Shown: in pieces, positions 19,651 through 29,509 of the stretch
Layout: each line of letters begins with the position of its first letter
Position numbering within the stretch: position 1 is the first letter of the stretch
Origin: a virus
Reading direction: 5' to 3' (one strand)
IMG/VR virus record: IMGVR_UViG_3300009514_000005
Location: 70,620-134,619 of that record
DNA: 64,000 bases
Notes under the pieces: generated by a model
Databases searched by the model: none
What the model saw: only the letters and a program-made list of their open reading frames with translations
What the model was told of the DNA's origin: nothing
Translations under genes and position numbers: made by a program

Positions 19651-20460
19651 CTACCCCTTAACAGCTTTTCGAATCTTATTCTGAAACAGTTGAATTCTCT
19701 TTATATCTTGTTTGGTTGCGAAGGTCCTTAAATGAGTTTTTCTCTTATATTTTTTAAAGCTAGGATCAGTAATTGACTTAATAAGGTCTTTTTCCTTCAT
19801 AAGTGTTCGGACCCCTTGCTTTAGGCCATGCTTTATCGCTGGCCTCCAGTGGGCTTTCCCACCAGGGACCATTCCAAATTCTTGCCGCAATGCCTCAACC
19901 TCTAGCTCTGTCACTACCTTGAGCTTTTTTTGAACGGAAAATCTTGGCTCAAAGAGTAAATCAAACCTCTTCATGGCCGCAATAATATCTCCCATTTGCT
20001 GCTTTTTTTGATTCGCAACTTGTCTTACCTTGGCGTCCCCGACCTCTTCAATAATCACAACAGCCTGCCTAGCACTAGGAGCAAATGGAATCGTCTCAAT
20101 CGTCCATGGACTGAACCTCTCGAGAATTTCTCCAACTGGATTTTCTTCTCCATCATATCGGCCAACCACCCTGATGACCGATCTTGATGCGGCGAATTCA
20201 TCTGATTCCAGAGGAAGGGATTTTGCAATAATAGTCCACCAGGCTCGATTACCTTTATCTCTAATCTCGGCAACTATGAGGGATTTTTTATATCTAGTAG
20301 ATCCTGGGATTTGAGAAATTCTACCAAGAAGATCTTCATGAACAATCCGCGTAATTCTTTTCCCAAATTCAAACAAAAACCAATCATATCGCTTGAGCAT
20401 TTCTTCATCGAAAAGGCGCTCAAATCTTTTCCACCATTGGTTTTTTTTGATTTCTATCAT
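19651..20460 (-). CDS. Hypothetical neck/tail-completion protein (possibly HK97 gp10-like)
   Basis: Basic protein with EFG...KAHWRPAI; position between head closure and terminator genes. Confidence 0.45.
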   Translation of the reverse strand: MIEIKKNQWWKRFERLFDEEMLKRYDWFLFEFGKRITRIVHEDLLGRISQIPGSTRYKKSLIVAEIRDKGNRAWWTIIAKSLPLESDEFAASRSVIRVVGRYDGEENPVGEILERFSPWTIETIPFAPSARQAVVIIEEVGDAKVRQVANQKKQQMGDIIAAMKRFDLLFEPRFSVQKKLKVVTELEVEALRQEFGMVPGGKAHWRPAIKHGLKQGVRTLMKEKDLIKSITDPSFKKYKRKTHLRTFATKQDIKRIQLFQNKIRKAVKG

Positions 20461-20855
20461 GCACGACTTCCCGGACCATATCCATGCATTACGTCCATAT
20501 AATCATTGAAAGCTAATCCTTGAGACATCGCCTTGAGGCCCAAAACGGCGAGAGAAAGTCTTTCGGGATCAATCTTTTCTCGAGGAATAAAAACAAGGTC
20601 ACCATAATCAATCATTTTTAGCCAATGACTTTGCTCTACTTTTTTGGCTCTGTCCCCATGGATATAATAAACCCATCCTTTTCGAACGAAAAAAAAGATA
20701 ACATAATTTTTATTACCCTTTACAGTCTCGGCTTCAAAGACAGCCCCCATCTCAAAAACACCGGCCTCAGTTCTTATGTATGGAGTAATATCAGACCGAG
20801 ATTTACCCAGGCTAGCTATGTGTTGTTCATATTCATCAAGTTCTTTCTGGCTCAT
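20457..20855 (-). CDS. Hypothetical protein
   Basis: 132-aa ORF overlapping its neighbours. Confidence 0.55.
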   Translation of the reverse strand: MSQKELDEYEQHIASLGKSRSDITPYIRTEAGVFEMGAVFEAETVKGNKNYVIFFFVRKGWVYYIHGDRAKKVEQSHWLKMIDYGDLVFIPREKIDPERLSLAVLGLKAMSQGLAFNDYMDVMHGYGPGSRA

Positions 20856-21045
20856 TCAACAATCTCCCATCTTTATAACGACTAGAAAATTCACGCATCA
20901 ACTTTACTAATGTTTCACGAACATATAAATTATTGCTTTTAACCGTACCTATAAAATCCCTAGCAACATCTTCTTCTAGGAAAAATTTAAAAGGTCTCTT
21001 TTTAACATCCATGTTTTCTTCTACAAAAAAATCAATCTTGTCCAT
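20836..21045 (-). CDS. Possible ribbon-helix-helix protein
   Basis: KRPFKFFLEEDVARDFIGTVKSNNLYVRETLVKLMREF; AAGGAG 6 nt before ATG 21045. Confidence 0.5.
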   Translation of the reverse strand: MDKIDFFVEENMDVKKRPFKFFLEEDVARDFIGTVKSNNLYVRETLVKLMREFSSRYKDGRLLNEPERT

Positions 21046-21766
21046 CTCTCGCTCCTTGAGAAGCAACGAAGTCAATCCAACTATTCTTTTCTCCTAAATC
21101 TGCCCATTCACCCTTTATTTGAACTACCCTTAATCTATCTTTCTTTAAATACATTTTTAAAACATCTGTTATTTCAAGTTCTCCACGCTCCGAAGGAGAT
21201 AACTCTTCCACCCTTGCAAAAACATCCCCAGGAAAATAATAAAGACCAGTTAGTATTCTATCATGCTGCGGACTACTGGGCTTCTCTATGATCTCCACAG
21301 GACCATCATCATCATAGATTACCTGCCCAAAGGATTTAGCCTTTTCTTTATCCCCAAGAGCATATTCGAAAGCGTAAGCGTAATGAGGATGAGGACAATC
21401 CAAATCAATCGCTAATTGTTTTTCTGAAAAATAATTATCCCCAAGTATCAAAAGAACTCCAATCGGAGCCCTGTCGTTTATTGAAACTCTTTTGAAAATA
21501 TCAGCAATACCTTTTGGTTCTGGCTGGAATGCATAGCTCACCTTGTCAAACCCATACTTGTCACCATCCTGGATATAATCAACCACCTGGCTCGCATGAT
21601 TAGACCCAGTTACAATAGTCACGTTCTTGATATCATGCCTTCTTAAAAACTCGAGAGGATGATCCACCATGAGGCCATCACCAGTAGGAATGAGATGTTT
21701 GTTTAAAAATTTGGTTACCGGAGCCATTCTTGAACCAGATCCACCACAAGCAACTATGGTCAACAT
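21032..21766 (-). CDS. rmlA: Glucose-1-phosphate thymidylyltransferase
   Basis: ACGGSGSRMAP...NKHLIP, FQPEPKGIAD, LILGDNYF, IIEKP, TGLYYF, LSPSERGELEITD, WADLG. Confidence 0.92.
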   Translation of the reverse strand: MLTIVACGGSGSRMAPVTKFLNKHLIPTGDGLMVDHPLEFLRRHDIKNVTIVTGSNHASQVVDYIQDGDKYGFDKVSYAFQPEPKGIADIFKRVSINDRAPIGVLLILGDNYFSEKQLAIDLDCPHPHYAYAFEYALGDKEKAKSFGQVIYDDDGPVEIIEKPSSPQHDRILTGLYYFPGDVFARVEELSPSERGELEITDVLKMYLKKDRLRVVQIKGEWADLGEKNSWIDFVASQGARDGQD

Positions 21767-21768
21767 AA

Positions 21769-22314
21769 TCATTCTCCTTGATATTCAAATGGCGACTCAA
21801 AATCCTTGAGCTTCGGAAGGTTTAGATCTTTCATGGAAACACCGATCCTATCTAGATCACCCCATGGCAATCCAAGACTGGCGTCAGAAGGATCAATGCC
21901 TCCATCGGATTCTTTGTCCCACTCCTCGGTACACATATAAAGAAACCTTGTACTGTCTTTTTTAGACCAAAAACCATGAGCAAATCCAGGAGGAATGTAA
22001 ACAGATATTCCATCCGGCTTTAACTCGAACGTATCGACTTGGCCGTAAGTAGGGGATCCCTTTCTGAGATCCATGGCAACATCTGTAACGTAACCAGACA
22101 AAACCCTGATTAATTTTCCTTGGGGATTATGTTTTTGAAAATGAAGACCACGCACCATATCTTTTTCGGATACAGACATATTCACTTGCTTAAAGCTGGG
22201 AAGAAAATCCATGTCAGACCTCTTATATAGCTCAGTAAAAGATCCACGAATATCCTCAAAAATATAGTTTTTCATTAAATAACAACCACTCTTGGTCTTA
22301 CTGAGATACCCCAT
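21769..22314 (-). CDS. rmlC: dTDP-4-dehydrorhamnose 3,5-epimerase
   Basis: DIRGSFTE, QVNMSVS..VRGLHFQ..PQGKLIRV..G.VTDVAMDLRKGSPTYG, YIPPGFAHGF; start set at ATG 22314. Confidence 0.95.
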   Translation of the reverse strand: MGYLSKTKSGCYLMKNYIFEDIRGSFTELYKRSDMDFLPSFKQVNMSVSEKDMVRGLHFQKHNPQGKLIRVLSGYVTDVAMDLRKGSPTYGQVDTFELKPDGISVYIPPGFAHGFWSKKDSTRFLYMCTEEWDKESDGGIDPSDASLGLPWGDLDRIGVSMKDLNLPKLKDFESPFEYQGE

Positions 22315-23191
22315 TATACAGCTCCATATTAAATTTATTTCTAATGTAAAACTTAACATCGTCTTGCCAACTGCCCATGCTTCCCAGCTTTAACAATTCT
22401 TTTATTTTTAATGGACTCATAGAAGTGTTTTTCGGACGACGAGCTTTGCCGAACTTAAGATCGTCAACCCCATGGACCAACCATTGATACTCATAAGAGA
22501 TTCCGTTTACAATGAAATCTGCAACTTCACATCTCGTTGCGAAATCATCGTGTGTTAAGTGATAAGTCCCGTTTGGAATAAAACTAAGCCCCTTAGCCAT
22601 CATCCTACAAACCATCTCAATAATTACGAAGGCCAGCCAATCAGTCGAACAAGGGGATCCTGTTTGAGAATGAGTCACTTCGATAACCTTTTTATCGATG
22701 ACTGATTGTGTTACCCAGTCTATAAAATTAAATCTAGTTTTTCCAAATAACCACTGAACCCTTAGAATGATCGAAGGAGTTCCGAGTAATCCCATCTCGC
22801 CATTTAATTTAGATTTTCCGTATTCCTGAATAGGACTAGGTTTATCCTCTTCGATATAAGGATCTTCTTTTTCACCATCAAAAACATAATCAGTACTAAT
22901 ATGGATTAATTTGGCCCCATATGCTTTACAAGTTTGGCCTAAAAATCTAACGCCATCTCCATTGATTAAATTAGCTACTTCGCTTTGACTCTCACACTTG
23001 TCTACGTCAGTGAATGCCGCAGCATTTATGACAATAGATGGCTTAACTTTTTCAAAGAATTTTCTAACACCAATGTTATTCGTAAGGTCTAAAGACTTAT
23101 GAGTAGTAAGGATATGGCTTACCTGTCTGATTGAAAGCTGAGCCCTAAGGCTAGAACCCAACATTCCTTCGGCACCCAAAACAACGATCAT
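22298..23191 (-). CDS. rmlD: dTDP-4-dehydrorhamnose reductase
   Basis: GAEGMLG, VINAAAFTDVDKCE, HISTDYVFDG, YGKSK, LRVQWLFG, ARRPKNT. Confidence 0.95.
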   Translation of the reverse strand: MIVVLGAEGMLGSSLRAQLSIRQVSHILTTHKSLDLTNNIGVRKFFEKVKPSIVINAAAFTDVDKCESQSEVANLINGDGVRFLGQTCKAYGAKLIHISTDYVFDGEKEDPYIEEDKPSPIQEYGKSKLNGEMGLLGTPSIILRVQWLFGKTRFNFIDWVTQSVIDKKVIEVTHSQTGSPCSTDWLAFVIIEMVCRMMAKGLSFIPNGTYHLTHDDFATRCEVADFIVNGISYEYQWLVHGVDDLKFGKARRPKNTSMSPLKIKELLKLGSMGSWQDDVKFYIRNKFNMELYNGVSQ

Positions 23192-23223
23192 CGTCAACTC
23201 CGTTCAACAATTCAACCTTATTA

Positions 23224-24288
23224 CTAACTAATAGCTTTTCCAATATCTATTCTTTTTTTCCTAAGGGTACGTTGAGATCCAAAGCGATGAAATTTCCGAG
23301 ACATCTGAGATATAAGGCTTCGCTTGCTATACATTCGTCTTACCGCAGCAACAACTGCATTCTGAACATCTTCAGGACTTTGAAATTTTGGAATCTTACC
23401 CGTCTGCTCCAGCTCGCCAAGAACCAATAGCATTCCATCAACAAACTTTTCAAGAGTATCGTCATCAATATGTTTAAAAAAATCCTGAACAGTTGTCTCT
23501 TTTTCTGGCTCTTGGCCGACAGGGTTATCCTCATCTTCTTCTTTCAAAAGATTAACAATTCCGTTTAAATCCTCATAAACCTGATCAATTACTTTGCTAG
23601 CCATATTATCCTCCGATTCTTTTTTCTGAAGCCTCACTTCCTCTAATCCCAATGCTACCATTACGCCATGAAGCTCTCTTTTGAATTCATTAGAATAGCG
23701 ATAGACATCTACTCTCATCTTTGGACTATCCTTAAACTTTTTATCTTCCTTATCAGAATGCTTAGCGTCCATTGCATCAACAGCAGGGACATCTACAATA
23801 TCCAAAACATCAGAACCTACAAGGGCACCAAGAAGAGCTTTTGTATCAAACCTTGGGGCATCAAGACCGCCCTTTTCTGCTCCACCTAATGTGACAGGAA
23901 AGCCCACTTCTTTTGAAAACTTAACAAAAACAGTAAAAACATCAGGAGCAAATATTACAGACAGGGCATCTCTTTTATTGAAAAAATCCCAAATATCATC
24001 CCAATCATCATCAGAAAGACCTCTAAATTCTGGCTCACCACTAAGCTCTTGTTGGAAAACCTCGGCGGTATTGGCCTCGTTTGCCTCTGAAATCGATATT
24101 CCCCTAAAGGCTGCGCTTAAAACAAAGGAATCAATACCTTCCTTTATGCCTTTATAAATGCTCGTAACGAGACCCCAATCGCGATCGGTAAACTCCGACT
24201 CCCCTTTTTTTCTAGACCTTTCCACGGCGGCTTTGGCTCTTTTCCATTTTGTTTCTTGAGCCTTGGTCTTAACCATATTGCTTGGCAT
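23224..24288 (-). CDS. Hypothetical head-associated protein (354 aa)
   Basis: N-terminal MPSNMVKTKAQETKWKRAK...WGLVTSIYK helical module; several hydrophobic-x-E sites. Confidence 0.6.
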   Translation of the reverse strand: MPSNMVKTKAQETKWKRAKAAVERSRKKGESEFTDRDWGLVTSIYKGIKEGIDSFVLSAAFRGISISEANEANTAEVFQQELSGEPEFRGLSDDDWDDIWDFFNKRDALSVIFAPDVFTVFVKFSKEVGFPVTLGGAEKGGLDAPRFDTKALLGALVGSDVLDIVDVPAVDAMDAKHSDKEDKKFKDSPKMRVDVYRYSNEFKRELHGVMVALGLEEVRLQKKESEDNMASKVIDQVYEDLNGIVNLLKEEDEDNPVGQEPEKETTVQDFFKHIDDDTLEKFVDGMLLVLGELEQTGKIPKFQSPEDVQNAVVAAVRRMYSKRSLISQMSRKFHRFGSQRTLRKKRIDIGKAIS

Positions 24289-24545
24289 TAATATTTCCTT
24301 ATCCGAATAAGAGCTTCGTCCAATCGATTGGAGATTGAATTCAAATTAATTTTACAGATAAAATTATCTTCCTCTATTTTTTTACGTGGTCGCCCTCTTT
24401 TCTTTTCAGGCTCTTCCTGTCGACCCTCCGTTTCTTCTAGTCTTTCACCCCAATCCGAAAATAAATAATCATCAACAACCCTAGACTCCTTGCTTATGGC
24501 TTCGCCAATCATTCGATCTAAATCACCTAAGCTATCAAAATCCAT
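24288..24545 (-). CDS. Hypothetical protein
   Basis: 85-aa ORF coupled on both sides by stop/start overlap. Confidence 0.55.
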   Translation of the reverse strand: MDFDSLGDLDRMIGEAISKESRVVDDYLFSDWGERLEETEGRQEEPEKKRGRPRKKIEEDNFICKINLNSISNRLDEALIRIRKY

Positions 24546-25072
24546 TAAAGGGCTCCGCCATCAGGCAATTTTCTCTCTGGTATAAATGAATCATGCCTTA
24601 CAAAGTCACAGATATACTGAGTCCAAACATCAGAGTCATTTTCCCATCCATCTCGCTCAACTTTTTTTAGCTCAAAAAACCATCTCTTGTCTGGAATATT
24701 TGAAAATAATTCAAATACATCACCTTCCTTTACTCTATCTCCTTCCGAAGTAGCTGGCACATTTTTATCTTCAAGATTTTTTCGACTAAAATAAATCACG
24801 CCATCTCGAGTAATGTCTAAACCATGAGGAGTTCCGTCAGAAGTTCTAACTGGTTTCTGAAAAAGACCCAACACTTCAAATGGATAATAATTAGTTCCAA
24901 CCGGGCCATTCGCGTCAACGATTGGCTCACCGTATAAGCAATCGATTTCAGCCATTGATGTTGGCTTGGTGAATGTCCAAAGAATCAGATTATCGGTACC
25001 GGCGAGAGTAAGAACCTCAACGTTGACCTGATCATAAAATGTTTGCTCAGAATTATTAAGTAAAGTTCCCAT
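24545..25072 (-). CDS. Neck / head-closure protein (T4 gp14-like)
   Basis: DCLYGE...Y.PFEV, DITRDGVIYFSRKNL, VKEGDVFE..WFFELKKV; position in the neck region. Confidence 0.65.
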   Translation of the reverse strand: MGTLLNNSEQTFYDQVNVEVLTLAGTDNLILWTFTKPTSMAEIDCLYGEPIVDANGPVGTNYYPFEVLGLFQKPVRTSDGTPHGLDITRDGVIYFSRKNLEDKNVPATSEGDRVKEGDVFELFSNIPDKRWFFELKKVERDGWENDSDVWTQYICDFVRHDSFIPERKLPDGGAL

Positions 25073-25081
25073 ACCATCATT

Positions 25082-25279
25082 CTACAATCTTTGAATCACC
25101 TTGAGTAGAATCTCTCTGTTTCTTCTCACTTCACTAGACAAATAATCCTCACCAGCAGATTTTAGCTCTATCTCAATTCTGCCAAGTTCTGTTATTACTT
25201 CTTTGATTTTTTGATGAGCTGGGAGTTCTAATTTTTCTAACAAAGGGAGACCAAAGTTATCAACATCAGGAAGGTTCAT
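25082..25279 (-). CDS. Hypothetical protein
   Basis: 65-aa ORF with SD AGGGG; begins VDNFGLP. Confidence 0.5.
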   Translation of the reverse strand: MNLPDVDNFGLPLLEKLELPAHQKIKEVITELGRIEIELKSAGEDYLSSEVRRNREILLKVIQRL

Positions 25280-25290
25280 GGGCTGCCCCT

Positions 25291-25315
25291 AAAGGAAAGG
25301 GGCCTAAGCCCCCTT
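25291..25315 (-). terminator. Possible weak intrinsic terminator
   Basis: GGGGC-TTAG-GCCCC hairpin over the stop of the 737-aa gene, followed by TTTCCTTT. Confidence 0.3.
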
Positions 25316-27517
25316 CTTCATTTTTTCTTTTAATTTCTTTTTCATTTCGTCAGAGAGAGCCTTGCCTTTCCCTTCAGTAATGCCCTTTCTGATCCCACGG
25401 AAGCTATTGTAAGCCTCGAAAAGCTTCGCCCCCATGATCTTAAGAGACTGCTCATCAAACACACCTTTTTCCATCATTTCGCCAATGAAGGCTTGATCCG
25501 TAAAACAACGGTGTGGAAATCGGCTAAGAACTCTTTCGATAGACTCCTTCCTAAGAGGACCTTCGCTTTTTTCTCTGAGATCACTTAGGGTTCGGGCTAG
25601 ATATGCTTTTGGACCAGCGCTTTCTTTTTTCATTCCAAGAAGCTTTTTCTCTTTTGCTTTTTCCTCGGGGGTTTTTTTCTTGCTCCCCATATGGGTTCCA
25701 CCGCAAGCTTCCTTGATTTTTCTATTTCGACTTTCTCGAATTCGTCTCATACGGCTTTCTTTCATATGAGCGTAATCACCAACTTTTTTCGGAGTTTTTA
25801 CTTTGCTGTCGGGAAGGCCACCCTCGTCATACTCTTGGCCTTCTTTTCCATGAGGACGATCCAGAGATGTTTTTGAATCCATGGTTCCTTCATTGCCTTT
25901 GTAATTTTGCTTCAATGCACCACGCTTTAGAGAATCAATATCAGAATCTTTACTCTTGATTCCACTCATGGCAGAACTTCCACCGGGCTTCTCGCCATAC
26001 TCAGTGCCGGATTTACTAGAAACCTTACCTGGACCACCACCTGGCTTCATGTGATCAGACATGGCAGTGTAGCCTTTCTTTAAATTCTTGTCCCGATCTT
26101 TGGTGCGAGTATCATACTCTTTTACGCTGGATGCATCGCGATACTCGTCTTCCTGAAGAGGAAGTCCAAAAAAGCTAACATCTTCAAAATCATTCCAAAA
26201 ATCTCGGTCTTCAGTTTTACTCTTCATCTCACCCTCCATCGGTAATGACATTATAACTCTTTCCTCATCCATTTCAAAACCTTCTTGAACGCTATCATAA
26301 ACTGGATCAATTGACTCTTTCTTACCGCCAGGGATTATTCCCTTTGGGCCACTTTTGGTTGCACCCTTGGTGACTGGTCTGCCTCTTCTTGTCCTTCTCT
26401 CTTTTTCTTGCTCTTCCCTCTCATCTCTTTCCGAACCTTCCTCTTCTTGTTCCATAAACTTTTCAAGCTCTTTGTCGCTAATTTTCAATTCTTTTTGCAG
26501 ATCCCGAACATTAACCTGGGCAATCCAAAAAGCCCCGCCTCCTAAACCACCCGTGGCATAAGTATCTTCCCCGCTCCAATACAACATAGCCTGGCTGCCA
26601 GCTTCTTTTTTTTCTTCTTCACTTAAGCCATCAATAAGAGCCTCAAGTAAATCATCAACTGGTTTGCCATTTATTTTTCCAGGACGATCCTCAAGATAAA
26701 CCTCTTCCTCTTCGACAGGCCATCTAACCAATTCTCTGTAAAGGGTATAGTAGGAATCAACCTGGTTATCGGAAGTTTTTTCAAGGGCCACTACAATATC
26801 ATCATCAGACACACCTCTTTTTCTAGCTATCTTGATAATAGGAATCAACTCATCATCATCATCGGCCGTATCACCTTCGAGCCAATCATCTAAATCAAAA
26901 TTCTCAAAAGCATACCCAAGATGAGTTTCACCATAATCATCACTCTTCATGTACTCTTCTTCTGATTCATCTACATCATTTAGAAATTGAACAAGAGCTT
27001 CTATCTGTTGTTTTTTTCCTTTAAATCTATATTCAAAACCGCCACCAACACCCCTCTTTTCTCCAGGCTCTTCTTTTTCAGGAAACATTGTCGCGTGATC
27101 ATATTGTTGAAAAGAATCAGACATTACCCTGAATCCTTCATCAAGTTTTTTTGGATCAACAATATCTGGATTTTGGATTATCGCACTCACCCGAATAACA
27201 TTAAAGTTTCCCTCTTCTGATTCCTTCTTCCAATACTCATACCCACTGGCATCATTCCATCCATAAACAGTAAACCCCTCGCCCTCCCAATCACGGGTCT
27301 CAATATCTTTTTCCATCTCGGCATATTGCTCGGGAGTCATCTTGGAAACATCAGGATAAGAATAACCAGTTCGCTCACTCGTAGTGAAAATATTTTTATC
27401 GCCAACATTTGGATCATAATCAACAGGAGTTCTTAGTTCCTGCTCAAGATTCTCCATCTTCTTTTCAATGGGAGCTTGTTTTTCAAAACCCCCTTTTTGA
27501 ACTTCGGCTTCGTTCAT
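25304..27517 (-). CDS. Large acidic modular head-associated protein (737 aa)
   Basis: Very D/E-rich N-terminal modules, K-rich C-terminus, many hydrophobic-x-E sites; shares a domain with 27517..29508. Confidence 0.7.
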   Translation of the reverse strand: MNEAEVQKGGFEKQAPIEKKMENLEQELRTPVDYDPNVGDKNIFTTSERTGYSYPDVSKMTPEQYAEMEKDIETRDWEGEGFTVYGWNDASGYEYWKKESEEGNFNVIRVSAIIQNPDIVDPKKLDEGFRVMSDSFQQYDHATMFPEKEEPGEKRGVGGGFEYRFKGKKQQIEALVQFLNDVDESEEEYMKSDDYGETHLGYAFENFDLDDWLEGDTADDDDELIPIIKIARKRGVSDDDIVVALEKTSDNQVDSYYTLYRELVRWPVEEEEVYLEDRPGKINGKPVDDLLEALIDGLSEEEKKEAGSQAMLYWSGEDTYATGGLGGGAFWIAQVNVRDLQKELKISDKELEKFMEQEEEGSERDEREEQEKERRTRRGRPVTKGATKSGPKGIIPGGKKESIDPVYDSVQEGFEMDEERVIMSLPMEGEMKSKTEDRDFWNDFEDVSFFGLPLQEDEYRDASSVKEYDTRTKDRDKNLKKGYTAMSDHMKPGGGPGKVSSKSGTEYGEKPGGSSAMSGIKSKDSDIDSLKRGALKQNYKGNEGTMDSKTSLDRPHGKEGQEYDEGGLPDSKVKTPKKVGDYAHMKESRMRRIRESRNRKIKEACGGTHMGSKKKTPEEKAKEKKLLGMKKESAGPKAYLARTLSDLREKSEGPLRKESIERVLSRFPHRCFTDQAFIGEMMEKGVFDEQSLKIMGAKLFEAYNSFRGIRKGITEGKGKALSDEMKKKLKEKMKKGA

Positions 27518-29508
27518 TATGCAGGTTCCTTGATGTCCTTTGGTTCTTTGGCTGCAACTGGTCTTGGAGGACGAGCGGCTTTTTTAACCTCTGGAGCTTC
27601 TCTTGAAATTTCACCAGAATCAATTTTAGCTTTAGCGTCGTCAGCACTATCGGCTGTTCCAAGCGGTTCTTTCTTCCCATCCAGTACTGCCTGAAGATCT
27701 TTTTGAGTTGTGACAAGAGTTTCCCCGTAGTCACCACCAAAAATAACAAACCCTTGGTGTTCAATAGTTCCAGGAGGCTTCCATCCTCTAACAGACCTCC
27801 CAGCCTTAGTTTGATATTGTTTTACCAATTCCATAGGGAAGTCTTTATCGATAAGCTCTTTGGCCTGGTCAATGCTTGAAACAGTAAGAGGGACTCCACC
27901 ATGACTAACCTGATCACCCTCCCCTCCATGACCATGATGAACATTAAAAGTTTTTCCATCACGATTTCTAAGAATGCTGTATTCATCTACACTTACATAA
28001 TCTTCAATATCGCCATGAATAATTACAAATTTGTTACCACTCGTTCTAGCTCTTTCGATACCGTCCTCAACTTCTGACTCATTTGGATCCTCTAAATGAA
28101 CCCCAGTAATTAAATCATCACTCGAGCTAACCGCAACTTTCACCGTAATTCCATCCACCTCTCTCACGAATCCTGTTTGACCGGCATCATAATCAATTAC
28201 CTCAGCAGCCCTCTCGCCTTCTTTTCCTTTTCCGAATTCAGCTCGGTAAATATCGGCTTCATCAATTGATTCTTCTTCAACCTCAACACCAAGATCTACG
28301 GCCAATTCATCCGGGTCTACCCTGGCTACCCAAGACCGATAAGATGCATCCATGTAAACATAATCGTCTCCTGGAGACCAATATGCATCGTCCACATTGT
28401 TGGCCACATCCTTAAGATCTTCTTCAGATAGACCTTTTATAAGATCATCCATTACATCATTAGTATCTCGGCCATTTACTTTTCCAGAAATTCCTGAAAT
28501 TTGATCCGCAATTTCTCCAATTAATGCATGAATAATTCCATGAGTTTCTCTTTCAATTGTTCCTGGAGAAATATCTAAATTATTTGAAATAGCATCCTTA
28601 ATTTCTTCATCTGATTTACCTGCTTTTCTAGCGGCTTCGATAACCGCAACAACATCTTCTGTATATCTATCCGGATCTCTCGCGTAATCATCAAGATCAA
28701 ACCCCTCCCAATAAGCATCAATATAATTATTTCCAGCGTCTTCATGCTCAGTTTCATACTCGTATCGCCATCTAGCTTGATCGTTTATAAATTGAGCAAG
28801 AGTCTCTTTTTGGCTTTCTTTATCGGAAAATGAATAACCTTGATTTTCTAAATCTGGATCATCGGCCTCATCTACAGATTTGTTCTTACTTTTCTTTTCG
28901 GCCCACTCAGACAAATACTGCTTATTACTTTGGACCGCCTCAACCATTGGCTGAAAATTTCCAGAAGTATCTATACCGAGCACTCGCTCTTCTTCAGTAG
29001 TGAGTTTTTGTCTGGCAATCTCAGCCCATTGAAGCTCACCATCTTCAGCTTCTCTTTCCTGAAAAGAGCCATCCATTTGCTGGGTGACGTTATGATTATC
29101 CAAATACCAAGACAGATAAAGATCAACGTCTTCATTGTTAATACTATGATTCCAATAATCATGACCGACATCATTACTTCCAAAAGCCACATTACAACAA
29201 ATCCTGGGATCCACTCGAGAAGTTACAACTAACCCATCATCAAGCCAGCCCTGGCCCTGCCTATAACCATGAGCGCTTTTTAGCTCATCAATAGTTCCCA
29301 TCTCTTCAAGCTGCTTAACGCAATCAGTTAGAACATCCATGTTCACCCCTTGCTCTTCAAGCTCTCGAGTATCAAGCTTCCAAGCAAATCCATTGTTTTC
29401 CTTGAAGACATACCCTTGGTCACCTTCAGCCTCACCAAACCTTCCCCACTTAACCCGGCCAGAAGCAACTAGTTTCCCAATGACTTTTCCTTGATCATGT
29501 CCAAGCAT
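27517..29508 (-). CDS. Large acidic modular head-associated protein (663 aa)
   Basis: Modules separated by SVDE/ADD and SIDE/ADI; shares domains with 25304..27517 and 37002..40652. Confidence 0.7.
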   Translation of the reverse strand: MLGHDQGKVIGKLVASGRVKWGRFGEAEGDQGYVFKENNGFAWKLDTRELEEQGVNMDVLTDCVKQLEEMGTIDELKSAHGYRQGQGWLDDGLVVTSRVDPRICCNVAFGSNDVGHDYWNHSINNEDVDLYLSWYLDNHNVTQQMDGSFQEREAEDGELQWAEIARQKLTTEEERVLGIDTSGNFQPMVEAVQSNKQYLSEWAEKKSKNKSVDEADDPDLENQGYSFSDKESQKETLAQFINDQARWRYEYETEHEDAGNNYIDAYWEGFDLDDYARDPDRYTEDVVAVIEAARKAGKSDEEIKDAISNNLDISPGTIERETHGIIHALIGEIADQISGISGKVNGRDTNDVMDDLIKGLSEEDLKDVANNVDDAYWSPGDDYVYMDASYRSWVARVDPDELAVDLGVEVEEESIDEADIYRAEFGKGKEGERAAEVIDYDAGQTGFVREVDGITVKVAVSSSDDLITGVHLEDPNESEVEDGIERARTSGNKFVIIHGDIEDYVSVDEYSILRNRDGKTFNVHHGHGGEGDQVSHGGVPLTVSSIDQAKELIDKDFPMELVKQYQTKAGRSVRGWKPPGTIEHQGFVIFGGDYGETLVTTQKDLQAVLDGKKEPLGTADSADDAKAKIDSGEISREAPEVKKAARPPRPVAAKEPKDIKEPA

Positions 29509-29509
29509 T

